The notes under the pieces: model-generated | Database searches by the model: none | What the model was told of the DNA's origin: nothing | What the model saw: only the letters and a program-made list of their open reading frames with translations | Program-made: the position numbers and the translations under genes | In this document: positions 40,022 through 52,430 of the stretch, piece after piece | Layout of the letters: each line of letters begins with the position of its first letter | How positions within the stretch are numbered: the stretch's first letter is position 1 | Assembly: GCA_965637545.1 (NCBI GenBank) | Contig: OZ281494.1 | Span: 32,364,001 to 32,428,000, forward strand | DNA from: Phallusia mammillata | Lineage: Eukaryota | Reading direction: 5' to 3' | Length of the DNA stretch: 64,000 nucleotides

Positions 40022-40740
40022 AAATCGTAACTGGTCGCAGTCTATGGTCAACACAGGTTCCGTATTTTCCCTATTGATATGAATCTATATTAATGAGCCA
40101 TTGACGAAATATATCTATATCAATTTAAATATGTGACATAGAATTTTATTGTCAATGTACATCTTTTATACACCGTTCTCACTGCTTTTCAAAGTTATTG
40201 CCAATCCTTTTTCACATCCAGTTGGTAATATAGAATGCTTTTTAAATACGTTAGCTCTTTGAAATCATAGTAAACGTTTCCCTTTGACTGTTAGAGAAAA
40301 TAATGACTCAGTTTCAGCCCAAAAGTACATCTATAGCCTTCATTAAGTCAATACAGTGCCTTGCTATTGGGCATTATCAAGGTAAAAAGCAAATTACTGC
40401 TTACTTGCGCCTACTAGCGGACACATAAAGCTCATTTTGTTTATTTTTCGCTACGATTTCACAGTGAATCCTGTATGGCTTCAGACGAGCAATATAACAT
40501 CATGAACACTTACAAAGAAAGTTACGAAAAAAGTACACACGATTTAACGAAATAGGTACAACAACAGGTACCACAACACAAAAATAAAACTAGTTTTTGT
40601 GACCCATATAAAAATATTTCTTGTAAATAACGACAAATTTTTTTCATCAATAACGATCTCCTGGGATGATTAGAATGCAAAATACATTTTAGGCAAATTG
40701 CGATTAAAAACCTTTACCTAAAAGGCATTCAGTTTCATTT

Positions 40741-42864
40741 TTACTCGTAATAAAGTCCATAGATCATAGCGATTGCATAAAGCGATGTGTTTTGGTACCT
40801 AACAGTTGCGAAAGAATCGGTTTTATCATTCCACAAGCATCTACTACCTAAATAAACACCCGGTCTCTCCTTAATACTCCCAATACTAACAACTACAACG
40901 TGTTTGTATCTTTTGTAGTTCTTCGCCTTCAACGCTTCGGATATTTTGGCGGCTATGATTTGACACTCGGACCTACAAAGCTCCGGATCGTACGATTTGT
41001 CTCCGATGTGTTGTTTCAGAATGTTAGAGGCTGTTCCCTCGATTTCATAGGATTTAAAACGCGACTGCGGAAAACAAATGCAGGATATTAAACAAATCGT
41101 TCGTATACCGTCTGTTATATAACATGAGTATAGTGCAAACCAGAAAGCTATTCGGGCCGAAATCCGATTTGAACCAGTTTCAGGCTTAGTTTGAATCAAA
41201 TGGGCTTGGTGAGGGCCTGGTTTTACATTCGGCATAATTCATTAAAAAAATAAAACAAAACATTTTGTATTTAAAGTAGAGATGTACCGAATATTCGGTT
41301 TGCCGAATTTATTCGGCCGAATCGATCATTTTTGCAAAGATTCGGTTTCGGCCGAATAATTTGTTGCGATTCGGCCGAAACCGAATCTTTTACCAACACA
41401 AATTTTAAGCGTTAAACGTGTCTTTTCTGCTTATTAAGGTCCACGCAATCTTTCAAAAGTCCAAACATAACGAAAATTGCGTCAATGTTTATCTTTTTCA
41501 ACACATTATCGTTTTTCCCACGGTAGTCAAAAAAATTAGTAATTCATCGGCAAGTTGCCAATCATGCTTAAGGCAATTTTAAACCCCACAGAACTGAAAT
41601 AAGGACGAAACACAACTATTTTGCACTGGCTGCCTGGTAGATAAACATTTTTTTTTCACGTCAAACGCGAAGCGTACGACTTCGCGTGACGTCATAAATG
41701 ATTCGGTTGATTCGGCCGAATTTATTCGGCAAAACCGCCGAATATTCGGTTTCGGCCGAATCGAAATTTAGCCGATTCGGTACATCACTAATTTAAAGTA
41801 TTCGAGACAGGGAATTGTAAAAGTTACAGATATGCATTCATTCCTTGGATTGGTCGCAGTTCTGGATTAGTTAAAGGCCTAGAATAGATTTTTTGACGGT
41901 TTAACAGTCAGAGTTTGGAGCAGGGGTCGGCAACCCTGGCACGCGATGCAAATTTCCGTATGGCACGCCAAACGATTCGAATGTTTATTTCAAGTTATAC
42001 TTTAAACTGTTACACTACTTTTTTTGATTTGTACAGTCTTAAACATTTAATAGTCTTAAAACCCAGCCTACTCGCAAATAAAACTATTACTGAAAACAAC
42101 ATTGGCACGCTAAGTCATTACCACATGGAATGACAAGTAAATTGAAACGCTTTGCTTAAAAAGGTTGCTGGTCCCTGGTTAAGGGTCACGTTAAGTTTTT
42201 TTAAAAATTTAGGTATGACATCATAACTTACGTCAGGATCCATCTTGTACGTGTTTTCGTATTGTACTTTCTTGGGTTGCATGACAAACGACGCCTCACT
42301 AGCGCCCCTTTGTGATCGGATCTCGTCTGTTGCTAATAAAGAAAAAAAAATATTATATTTTTGTTTAGTACAGGTGACGTATCTAAACGAACGACGCGTG
42401 TAATCAGTAGAAAAAACAGAGTTTTTAATTACCGTGATTACTGTAAAAAAATAAATTTGGGAAAACACTATGCTAAACGTAATGCTGTCAAGATTTGCTG
42501 AGGAAATCCCCTAAAATGTAAAAGAAAGGAATTTAAAACGACAAAAACTCAATGATATCAAAAGGCTTTCTAGTGGTCTTATTGTACTACGTAGTTCCGA
42601 TGTACATTAATCACACATTTGATGTTTCCCTTGTTATTAAGTGACACTTGGAACTGTCATTGCAAACACTGGTTTTATTTTCAATGAGGACAAAAGTAAC
42701 ACTACTCCACGACTTATTGTACGCGTCAACTTTGGGAATCGAACCCACGACCTATGGATTAAACAAAACATCAAATCCTTACCATCGTCCATAGGAGAGT
42801 TGTCTGACGGAGCTAGAAGTTTTCCCTTTGACTTATCAAGCTTGACTTTCCGCGATTTATTCAT
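40741..42864 (-). CDS. Tctex1-domain dynein light chain (TCTEX1D1/DYNLT5-like), 166 aa, 3 coding exons
   Basis: Exons are 42864-42783, 42326-42232 and 41064-40741 (phases 1, 0; 501 nt). Family motifs: QYENTYKMDP, YDPELCR, RYKHVVVVSIG, GSRCLWNDKTDSF, SLYAIAMIYGLYYE*. The exact paralog is unresolved. Confidence 0.9.
41277..41790. mobile_element. Non-autonomous hAT element, 514 bp, in Tctex gene intron 2
   Basis: TIR TAGAGATGTACCGAAT / ATTCGGTACATCACTA (15/16). Perfect 8-bp TSD ATTTAAAG at 41269-41276 and 41791-41798. Many subterminal CCGAA/TTCGG repeats. Confidence 0.92.
41921..42177. mobile_element. Older Charlie-like hAT MITE, 257 bp, in Tctex gene intron 2
   Basis: Ends CAGGGGTCGGCAACC and GGTTGCTGGTCCCTG form an imperfect TIR. 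Flanks GTTTGGAG / GTTAAGGG match at 5/8 as a decayed TSD. Confidence 0.65.
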
Positions 42865-44882
42865 TGTGTTTTTTGGGGGTCAAGTTAGTCGTACGAAGTC
42901 TGAATTAGGTTCTGTGGGGAAACAACGTAATTGTATCCTGCTGGTTATGAGAACAAATGCTTAACGGTTTTCTAAAGCTGATAGCTTTGAATGTGTCTAC
43001 TGTGGCCTTAAAATGGCCCCATTTAGCCGGTACAAATAAGTTTAGCCTGTACGTTAGCCTTAAAAATTGCAAAACACGGACAATAACTTCAACCCATGTT
43101 TTGCTTATTAACTGGTCATTTCAAAATCAGTTGCTAATATCGCAGGTTAAAAATAGTTTGCAATCGATATTGGTTAGCTTCAAATATCTTCTGCTGCAAA
43201 CCTTATTATCTAAATTGCACTTGGTAAAATGCAAAAAACGTTCATGTAGCAACATAAACAATCGCCTGTTCTGCTGAAAACTAAACGATACATTGTGTAA
43301 GTCTTATTTTTTAATCCCTTCCAGCTACGGTCACCACTCTGGCCTTAGATACACGACGTCTTATTTACATTGGACTCACAGATGGTATTATTGTGGTTTG
43401 GTGGCAAGCTATTGTGCTGCATCATAGCGAGCCTTCAATTGTCAGCCTCAAAGCTCACAATATCAACACTTGTTACTGAGAATAGAACTCATTGAAACCC
43501 ACAGATCGCTGAGCATAAAAAAATGAACTCAGGGGCGAAAATGAAAACGTTCATATTTTTAAAGCTAAGCCGTAACAGGGTTTTAAATAAATGCCGTTAC
43601 ATGGACGTTTACATCCACCAATACGAACGCTTAAGCCTTAAGGTATAGGCTACGAGCTATTTTCATGTGTTAAAGTGGTAAGCTTTAACATAATGGCAAA
43701 AGCACATGGTAGCCTACGTAACAAGGTTTTATAAATCGTAGACACAGAATTGTTTTTGACTGTTTTGTGACAGACATTTATCTCCACTACAAAAAATTGT
43801 ACATGTGCTTATATAGCCTACATGAGATTAATTATGTAAAAGCGCTACTTTCGTTTTGGTTTTCTTTCTCTTGATGTCATTTAACTGTTGTCCAGAAGCA
43901 CAAAGTTTTTCAAAAAAAGCTGTCTAGTTCTATTTTGACTGTACATCAATTTAGAGCAAGCTACACTATCTAACCCATGGTGGTATAACAGCAGATATTA
44001 CAATCAATATTAACTACCGACCCTTCAAACAGTATCAAGTACATGTCGTCCGCAGAGGGTCAAAAGCTTGTTAATTATTAGCCCGGCACTGCCTTACACT
44101 AACAGTTAATCGTTTTATACCATCAGGCAACTTACCTGAAGCTAGAATTGTCGTAACTAAGATACCGTCTCCAACCGAAGTGTATCATGTTACACGTTCC
44201 GATCTTTTGTTTCGAAAACGAACACATCAGATAGAGGCAATAAATTGGATTCGTTTTGTTGAACACATTGTCGTTTTTTTCTCTCAAGTCGTCCCCCGTT
44301 GCAATTTTGTCAGGCATTCGGCAATAATTCAACAGCAAAACAGATTTAGTTGTGTTGAGTTTTTACATACATCAAGTTACACAATTATTACCAAATTTTT
44401 AACATAAATCTTAACATGTACACGGACAGATACAAACTGAAACAAAAACATGTTTTTGTATGTGTTGCATTCGCATCAAAATGCTTGGCAACAATTATTC
44501 ATGTTTAAGTTGAAATTATCCATTACAAAACAATTATTTTATGTTGTGACTATCAATATACACAGTAATTTTAGGAGTAAAACCCAAACCTAATTTAATT
44601 AATGTCATATTAAAAATGTTGACCATTGCAGTATTTTGTACTTTACCGAGTGCAATACAAAAAAAGAGTTACAAAATGCTGTACAGACCCGGATATGCTA
44701 GCGGTTGATTAATCAGCTGGCCCGACGTCATTTCCGATTAAGAGTAAACAATCGAATTTGTGTCGCAGAGGAAAAGTGGTTCAAATTAAACAATGGGTAG
44801 AATTAGTTAATCAGTATTTAATGCCAACGTAATAAAAAAATCACCGTATTCGTATCATGGAAATGCTGCGAATGACATCGGT

Positions 44883-47311
44883 ATGACTCTGGTCAAAGCA
44901 GCAAGTGCCCATGAACTGTTAAAACGCCGCTTGTCAGAGTCTATTCGAGAAATAGGCGAAAATGGAAGGAAAAATAAAACCATGAACCACAGAGCTGCCC
45001 CAAACTTAATGTACAACCCCACACAGAATGAGCATTGGGCCAACACAGCTTCTCATGGGCTGATGGTGGTTCCAAGTATTCTTGCCAACGAACTGCTTGT
45101 TTGGAAATCGCAGCAAATTCGAAACACCTTGAATAATTGGAAAGACAGGTGATTATTGCTATTTATGCTAGTATTACTGTAATTATATTGCTACATTGCA
45201 ACTTTTGTATGTTGGGTAAAAACTGTTTTTAACATTAATAAAAATAGAACAGCATAGTGCTTGTATCTTGCATGTGATAAATTAATTCCATTGTATTGAT
45301 CTACTTTAGACCCAAGTTATTAATTTTAGCAATGAAGTAAGTGAAACAAATTTAATTTCCAAATGCACTTTGAAAAGTGAAACAGTTTGTTGTATACTTT
45401 AAACCCCCAAAAATGGCAAAAGCATGGAGCTACTTGATAATTAAGCTGCAGGCAGTGCACACTGTTTCAGCCTGTAAGATCTCATCAGTGTAGCTAGTGA
45501 CAATATATTGCCTGGATAGGCTAGTGTAGCCACATTACAGTGCTTCGGTGTGTCAGGATAAAAGCCAAAATTTTGATTTGCTGCTCTTTTTTGTTTCATC
45601 ATACTTATAAAACACACTGATATGTTGTTATTTTTCAGTTGTTCTGACGGAGACTTTAAAGAAAGTATCACCTCATATTGTTATGGCAACCAATCTCATC
45701 CAACATTTGCTGAGTTTGAGTTTACTTCTCGAACTTACGGTGCATCACTCATCAGTCTGTTTTTGATTTCAACATTGTACCATTGGATTTGTTGGACACA
45801 AAGTCAATGGAAGGTGAAAACAGGTTGTTTCTTCTTTCAATATGTTTCTGCTTGCAGATAATTCTGATTAGCTGAAATATTTACGATTGGCAAATTTGGG
45901 GTTCAATAAACTAGAAATATATATATAATGCATGTGTGTTTGTTACCCTATTAAATATTAAATTATAGTCTTGGAGTAATTGCTTAAAAGGTTTGGACTT
46001 AACAAACAACTATTTCCTCTTTAGGGCAGACATAAAGGTTGTGCCGAACGGCGCCCATCTCTCAACAAATCCTTCCACTACTGTGACAGAACAACTATTT
46101 ATTTCTTCATTGCTGGCTCATACACTCCTTGGTTAATGCTACGCAAGATTCACCCAAGCATTGTCTGGCTACAGTAAGACATACAGAATGCTAAATTTCC
46201 CTAAAATTATTACTTGACACTTAGTTTATTAATTGACACTAATTATTAATTGACACTAATTGCTTGAACATTTTGTTTGACTTTTTTAAACTAGCTTGAA
46301 ATTGGTGTTTTTAATATGCCAACTCGGTGCCATTTTTGAACAAATATGTAATTAGGTCAAAAATTATTTGTACAAATAAAAAAGTACACTTCCAATTTGG
46401 GCCAAACATCCATGGCAAAGGTGTAATCAGCTATGAAATCAAATTCAACAAAAAAGAGCTGCATCCTAAACTTATGCAACTGAATCTTGCTTTAAGGCTA
46501 ACAGTTTTGAGTGCTATAAATAATGAATAGAGCTTGTTACTACCTAGATCATGTATATTTTAAATAAACCCTTTTATAATTCTACAGATGGATTGTGTGG
46601 CTTGGTGCTGCTGGAGGGGTTACATATTCTTATTTGTTTTTTGAGAAATATAAGCTCTTGGACACTGTGCTTTACATCGTAGCTGGATTGTTTCCGGGCC
46701 TTGCCATGGTCTTGTTTCAGGCAGAAAACACTGTGTAAGTATGACAACATATGAGTTTTATCAACATACCAATATACTAATAAATGCACAACATTTGTTA
46801 AAGTACACAGCCAACTCTGTAAATGCTATATGTTATGCAGGGATATGTGGGATAAAAAAAGGGACAAGAAAATGTCAAAAGGGTGTAATGAGAATCCTAA
46901 TGGGCAAAATCGACATAAAAACTGATTTGCTTTTTTGTATTTTCGTTAAATATCATTTAGTAATCTGTCAATTACATATTTTGGCAAAAACATAATTAAA
47001 TCTAGGAGCGTACTATATTTTCAAGTAGGAAGTAAAGAGTGATAAAATACATTGTAGACGTTACCTTGCTAAACTAAAATAAAAAAACATGTCTTTTAAT
47101 TTATGACAAGTCTAACATTGTCTTTGTGTTTATCCATTTCAGATCAGGAATGCCCGAACTGGCCATTGGAGGGGCATTTTACCTGACTGGTGTGATATTT
47201 TTTAAGTGTGACGGCATACTACCCTATGCACATGCTATTTGGCATCTGTTTGTTGCTTGTGGTGCATTCACACACTACTATGGGATTTACTTTCATTTAT
47301 ATTCCCAATGA
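44883..47311 (+). CDS. MMD: MMD/MMD2 (PAQR11/10, haemolysin-III family) 7-TM protein, about 301 aa, 5 exons
   Basis: Exons are 44883-45148, 45639-45813, 46025-46173, 46588-46734 and 47143-47311 (phases 2, 0, 2, 2; 906 nt). Motifs: [59 protein letters not shown]. The start could alternatively be the in-frame ATG at 44982. Confidence 0.93.
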
Positions 47312-49365
47312 AGCTTTCTCTATCCTGTATAAATTTCACCATACATATATTGTGTTAATGTTCAAACAAATTTTCACAACATGTTTTCAAAATTTATGCA
47401 ACATGTTAAAGATTTGCTTTAACTGAATTCGGAAAAATATTGTACACACATCTCAATCTTCTGAATTTAATGCCTCACATTTATGAATTGTATTTCTTTA
47501 GCATGCATTCTATTTTTCAATTTTTTTACATTCATTACAGTTCGCAAACAAAATCTTTACTATTTTCACATTTTCTGCACAATCAAAATTGCCCACTGTT
47601 TTAATAGCATCAGCATCACTAACACTACTAACAGCATCAAAATGTGTTTCTGATCCACTTTCAACTTTTCAAATTCTAAATTCTTGCCCAAAATATTTTA
47701 AAACCTAATCCAAAAGCCATAAACCTGCCGTTACCATCTATTTATTGTTTAAATGTATAGACAAGGTGTTTATCCACTGGTATTTTACATGTTAAAAAAT
47801 GCACGAGTTTGCTGTTTATCACTCTGGTTAACATTAAAACCTTTAGTTGCACAGGAATACCTTTTAAATGTCCCAAAAACAACATTCTGTTAAACATTGG
47901 CATATTATAATAAAAACTGCATGCAAGGGCTAAACATCTTTTACATTTCTTAAACATTCAATTTGTCACAAGAAAGAGTTGAATATGTGATTTGAGTTTT
48001 GCTTCAAATTTACTGTTACTGAAACTGTAAACACCATGTTTTATTTCACTCTTTTTTTCTATCAACATTTTATACTTAATCAACATTTGTTTTAAATCGC
48101 ACTGTTTCTTCAACTTGTAAACAACATCATTTTATTCCCCTCATTGTAAAACTGTTTATGTATGTTATTTGTAACTTTGGACCCATTTACATTACTTGCC
48201 TTAAACTTAAAATCCTGTCAAAAAGCATAACAATATTTGCTATAATGATTGAATCACAATTTAGCATCATTTTAACTGTTGTTTCACATTCACAGTATTT
48301 TGTTTATGTTGTTGCTTTGCACTTTTCTGTGTAAACCACTGGATAATATTCACTGTTTTTTACATCAAAGTATTTTATACCAGTGGCATTTCTGCTAAAT
48401 GCATTTTATTCTCTAAAATAACTATGAAGTATAATATTAGCACTTTTATTAAAGTTGCTGTTGAAGCAATCATTGATTTTTGTTGATACTTGGCGCAATT
48501 GATTCTGCTTATTTGCATATTCCAATTTTATTGCATACTGATTTCCAAACTGAATTAGTAAAGAAAATATTCTGGTTAACTGCATATAAAAGCTTGGCAA
48601 ATTGGGTGTGTGATTTAATAGGCATCATCTGTGAGGTGGTATTCCATAAAGGAAACATATGTTTATTGTGTTGTGTTTTTTGCACCCTGTATTTTGTCTG
48701 TGCACTTACGGCTGCTAAATGTGGTATAGTTTAAACAGATTTAAGCATTAAATCTCAGTCCCTTTATAAAAGGTTTAATTAATTGAATTTTGGTTCTCAG
48801 GCTCACTCTGCTCTATACAAAAAACTTATTCATCACCCATGTACTAAAGAAACCTAAACAATAGATTTACAGTTTGCATATGGAATGTTGTAGCGCTTGA
48901 TTTACCTTTAAAACAATTATCCCCCTAACAATATACAAATCAGAACCTATTGTGTTTGTATTTGAAGCAACTATTGGCAGTGCAATGTCCATTGTTTTGT
49001 TTGCTATATTGATTTAATTTTTCAGCGGGTTTTTACCATTATTCTGCAAATCATAATGCACATATAATTTTTGACATTTGCACACAAGGATTTTAGTTGA
49101 CAGTTGCAGAAAACAAGTTTTTAGCCATCATTATTTTGTTTTTAATACAGTTTTAACTTTGAAAGCAGTTCACTAAAAAGTATCTGTCTGAACAGAACAT
49201 AACTATTGCTAATTTTTACATTTTATTAAAAAAGTGTCGTCTTGAAATTAAAAATCTTTCATATGTTTCCTGGTTAAATGGGAGGCAAATACAAAATAAA
49301 TAATATGTTAAATATGTGATATAGCAACCCTTATCCTGTGGACAAAACAGCAAAATATTACAACA

Positions 49366-51670
49366 TCAAACATTTGCATCTGTTGGATTTAGCTTCCCAG
49401 TGTGTATTAGACCAGGGATTGCAAAGATGACAAGCACTAGAAACCAAAATCAATACATGATTAATATTTCCTGTTTACTATACAACATGCTGGTTAGCTA
49501 ATACAATGATTTTAAGCTTTAAAAAGTACTCATAGCAAGATTTAGGGTAAAAATGCCAAACTAACTGCAGCAGTTTCTGTGGTGGGCAATAGCCAACCTA
49601 TTCATACTTGTTTATATTATAAGCTGAAAACTTTGGACAAACATCCACAAGGATATCCTATTATCTAGGCTTGCTAACTTTTATTATGGTGGGGAAAAAT
49701 GAGATTTTTTGGGCCTAATTTTGGGTGTAACAAGTATGTTACATCGTCAGCCATTGTTGTTTTGCTAGATGTCAACAGAACCTGTTATTTTTTCACCAAC
49801 ATCTTAAGAATGGAACCCTCATAATTTTAAGTTGGTAATCGCATTTCTCCCCATTGATAAAATAGTAAGGTAAAAGTGCTTTAACTTAGTGTAGCACAGT
49901 TTATTTCCTTTATAAATATGGATGTACTTTAGTATAATCCAGAGTATTCTACCGTAAGCTTGCGCACACAAAGTAATAAAGAATCTTTACCTGAAATGTA
50001 CACAAACAGAAATGTTGAAATCAATGTTCCCAGCCAAGCAATAGACAAACCACTACCAATTGTAGTTATGTAAAATGCAACAGGATTGGTTTGTTTTAGT
50101 TCATACAAATCCATAAACGATGATTTGAGAAGAAGGACTGTTTGGTCAATGTTGTCACAAACAACAGTCAAATCCTCGTCTACATATTTGCTGTGAAAGT
50201 GAAAGTAAACAAAGCATGGTTACGGGACCAAAATCATTCATTTTATGGGATACTGTGCAGTTACTGTAGCATGTTTAAACAAAGACACAACTATCCATTC
50301 AAGTGGCACACAGCTTGGATTTTGTAATATAAGCACCAAAATCCATTCCACCAAGTGCCTTTATAATAAGTTTAATACAATTATATAGTTTACCACTTAC
50401 TAGTGATGGGAAACGAGATTTAACCATATTTAAACATTACCAACAAGTCCAATAGAGCTATAGCTGATCTAATAATAGTGTATCTTTATCATGCTTGCTT
50501 CCTTATATAAATGCATATAAAGTATATTTGTTGTTAATTTTTCACATTCAAAACTGTATGCACTATTGAATTTAAGCATAAATAAACTAATTATTGTTAC
50601 CTTTCCATTTTGGTGGCAAAGGCATCAGATAGCATTTGCATGAAAAGAGTGCCAGAAATGAACAACGCTACAGTAGTTACAACAGATAAATTGACAAACG
50701 ACAATGTTCTGAAAAGATACAACCCAATTTTGGGCAAAAGTAGTCATTAGTTCATGTCAGACAAAAACAAACTTTTCTTAAAAAACATTTTTTTTAAGTG
50801 CTCTACTGTCCCACTAATAGTGGGCATGTTAATGTCCACGACCACTCTGTCAAACTGTTTCAGTAAGTGATAATAAAGAAGCAAATGCATTTTACTTGTA
50901 TATCTGTTCTCCTCTAATTACCCTTCATTGTTTTCAGTTTTTACCAACTAACAATGCCTGTCTAGGCAGAACATATACTTTAATTTTAACAACTTCGTGT
51001 TTACTTATTGTAAGTCAGAAGCAATTGCTTTTTTATTATAAATTCTGAAAATGTCAATTAGTATTGGTGTAACAATAGGGCCTTTGTGTACTTATATGTT
51101 ATTAAAATAGGACATTTTGTACAAGATCCAGTGTCAAATATTTTTGTATGTGTATACAGTTTTGTTTTACCTTCAACAAATGCTGTTTTTTGTTGTGCAT
51201 TTCAATGTAATATTAGGCATAATTACTTATTACTTACATGAACATGGCGGATATACATAAAAATACAACACCAGCATAATATGGTTCACGCCACATCAAA
51301 ATGTTCCATAGGGGCACTACTATGCATTTGTTGTTGCTCAAAAACCGTCGAACAGTGCTGTGTTTTGCATCCTGAAATGATAAATATTGTGTAGAAAAAG
51401 TACCATGTAAAACAAAACCACATACAACAACAATTACTAAGGTAAAATAGCCATACAAAAGCATACAATATTCCAACCTATAATTTGATTTCATTAGTTT
51501 GACTACCAATTTCATAAAGAAAGTATAGGCTTGACGTTTAAACTAAATAAAACACTGTTAATGTTTGGGCATGTGTGTAATTATTACGTAATGAACTATG
51601 CAATCACCTGGTAACAGTTTTCTGCATCGTCTTGTAACTTTGAGCTGTGTACGTGTGACTTTTTGTCCAT
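49366..51670 (-). CDS. ARL6IP1: ARL6IP1-like ER-shaping (reticulon-homology) membrane protein, 191 aa, 5 exons
   Basis: Exons are 51670-51608, 51371-51238, 50708-50601, 50190-49991 and 49436-49366 (phases 0, 2, 2, 1; 576 nt). Motifs ILMWREPYY, LYELKQTNPVAFYITTIGSGLSIAWLG and IPGLIHTG align with the recalled ARL6IP1 VLRWERAW, LFTLKEEKPKMYFMTMIVSLAAVAWVG and LPGLNQHG. FAM134/RETREG is a weaker alternative. Confidence 0.78.
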
Positions 51671-51839
51671 TTAGGAAACTCATAGCCGTTGCAACCGATT
51701 ATTGCGCAAGATTTTTTTGTGAAAATCACCCTTACGAGATTATGTGCAGTAACCAAGTAACTTGAACACCTAAAGAGGAACTAAAAAATTGTTTTTTTCC
51801 AATACGTAACCTTCAACAAACACACGGGAAAAAAACTTG

Positions 51840-51849
51840 GGGAAGTCCC
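51840..51849. promoter_or_regulatory. Consensus NF-kB site in the ARL6IP1/kinase divergent intergenic region
   Basis: GGGAAGTCCC fits GGGRNNYYCC and lies between the two start codons (51670 and 52431). Confidence 0.45.
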
Positions 51850-52430
51850 AGGGATTTTTTTCTGGGTCTTCGAAAAAGTCTATTGTTTTGTTTCAGGTTA
51901 ATATTTTGTATTCCGGTTGCTGCGAAATAAATTAAATTGTTTACTTTACATAGGTCTGTCTTTAAAGCAGAACCACTTTCAAACTTTAAATGACCAACGT
52001 AACCTGTATCGAAAAAGGGGAAAAACCATAGTTGGTGATGTAATCATTGATCAACAACACTGTATAAGTGCGTATTACTTGTAAGTTATTATCGGAACTA
52101 AATATGTATTGGAAGTTAGAACACCAAACTGTAAATAGCTGCCAGCTGCTCTTTTGAAGCAACAAAGAAAAGATTAAATGAAAAAGGCCTGCCTACGTAC
52201 TTAATTAGGGGTGAACATACCTTAGTATTACTTTTTCAATTAGATTTGTACAATCTTTTGATGATACAGGTTGATTGTTCAGTATCAGTTTCAGCAACAG
52301 ATTATAATCAATAAAGTAAAAGATGTAGGAATTAAGGATAGCCTGTGATTTAAACGCTTTGTTCTGTGGTGCTTATTTCTACTGTATTGTACACTTGGAC
52401 ACTGAAAATAGTTTTTGAAGAACATGAAGT

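Noticed and set aside
41065-41235. N-terminal 57 codons of the 164-aa ORF 40741-41235 as the true Tctex start
   Set aside because: They are intron read-through. A strong acceptor sits at 41065, and the family ENTY motif is in the upstream exon 42326-42232.
44132-44338. Minus-strand ORF ending at a good donor (CAG/GTAAGT)
   Set aside because: Splicing to the Tctex acceptor gives an immediate stop. At most it is an unproven 5' UTR exon.
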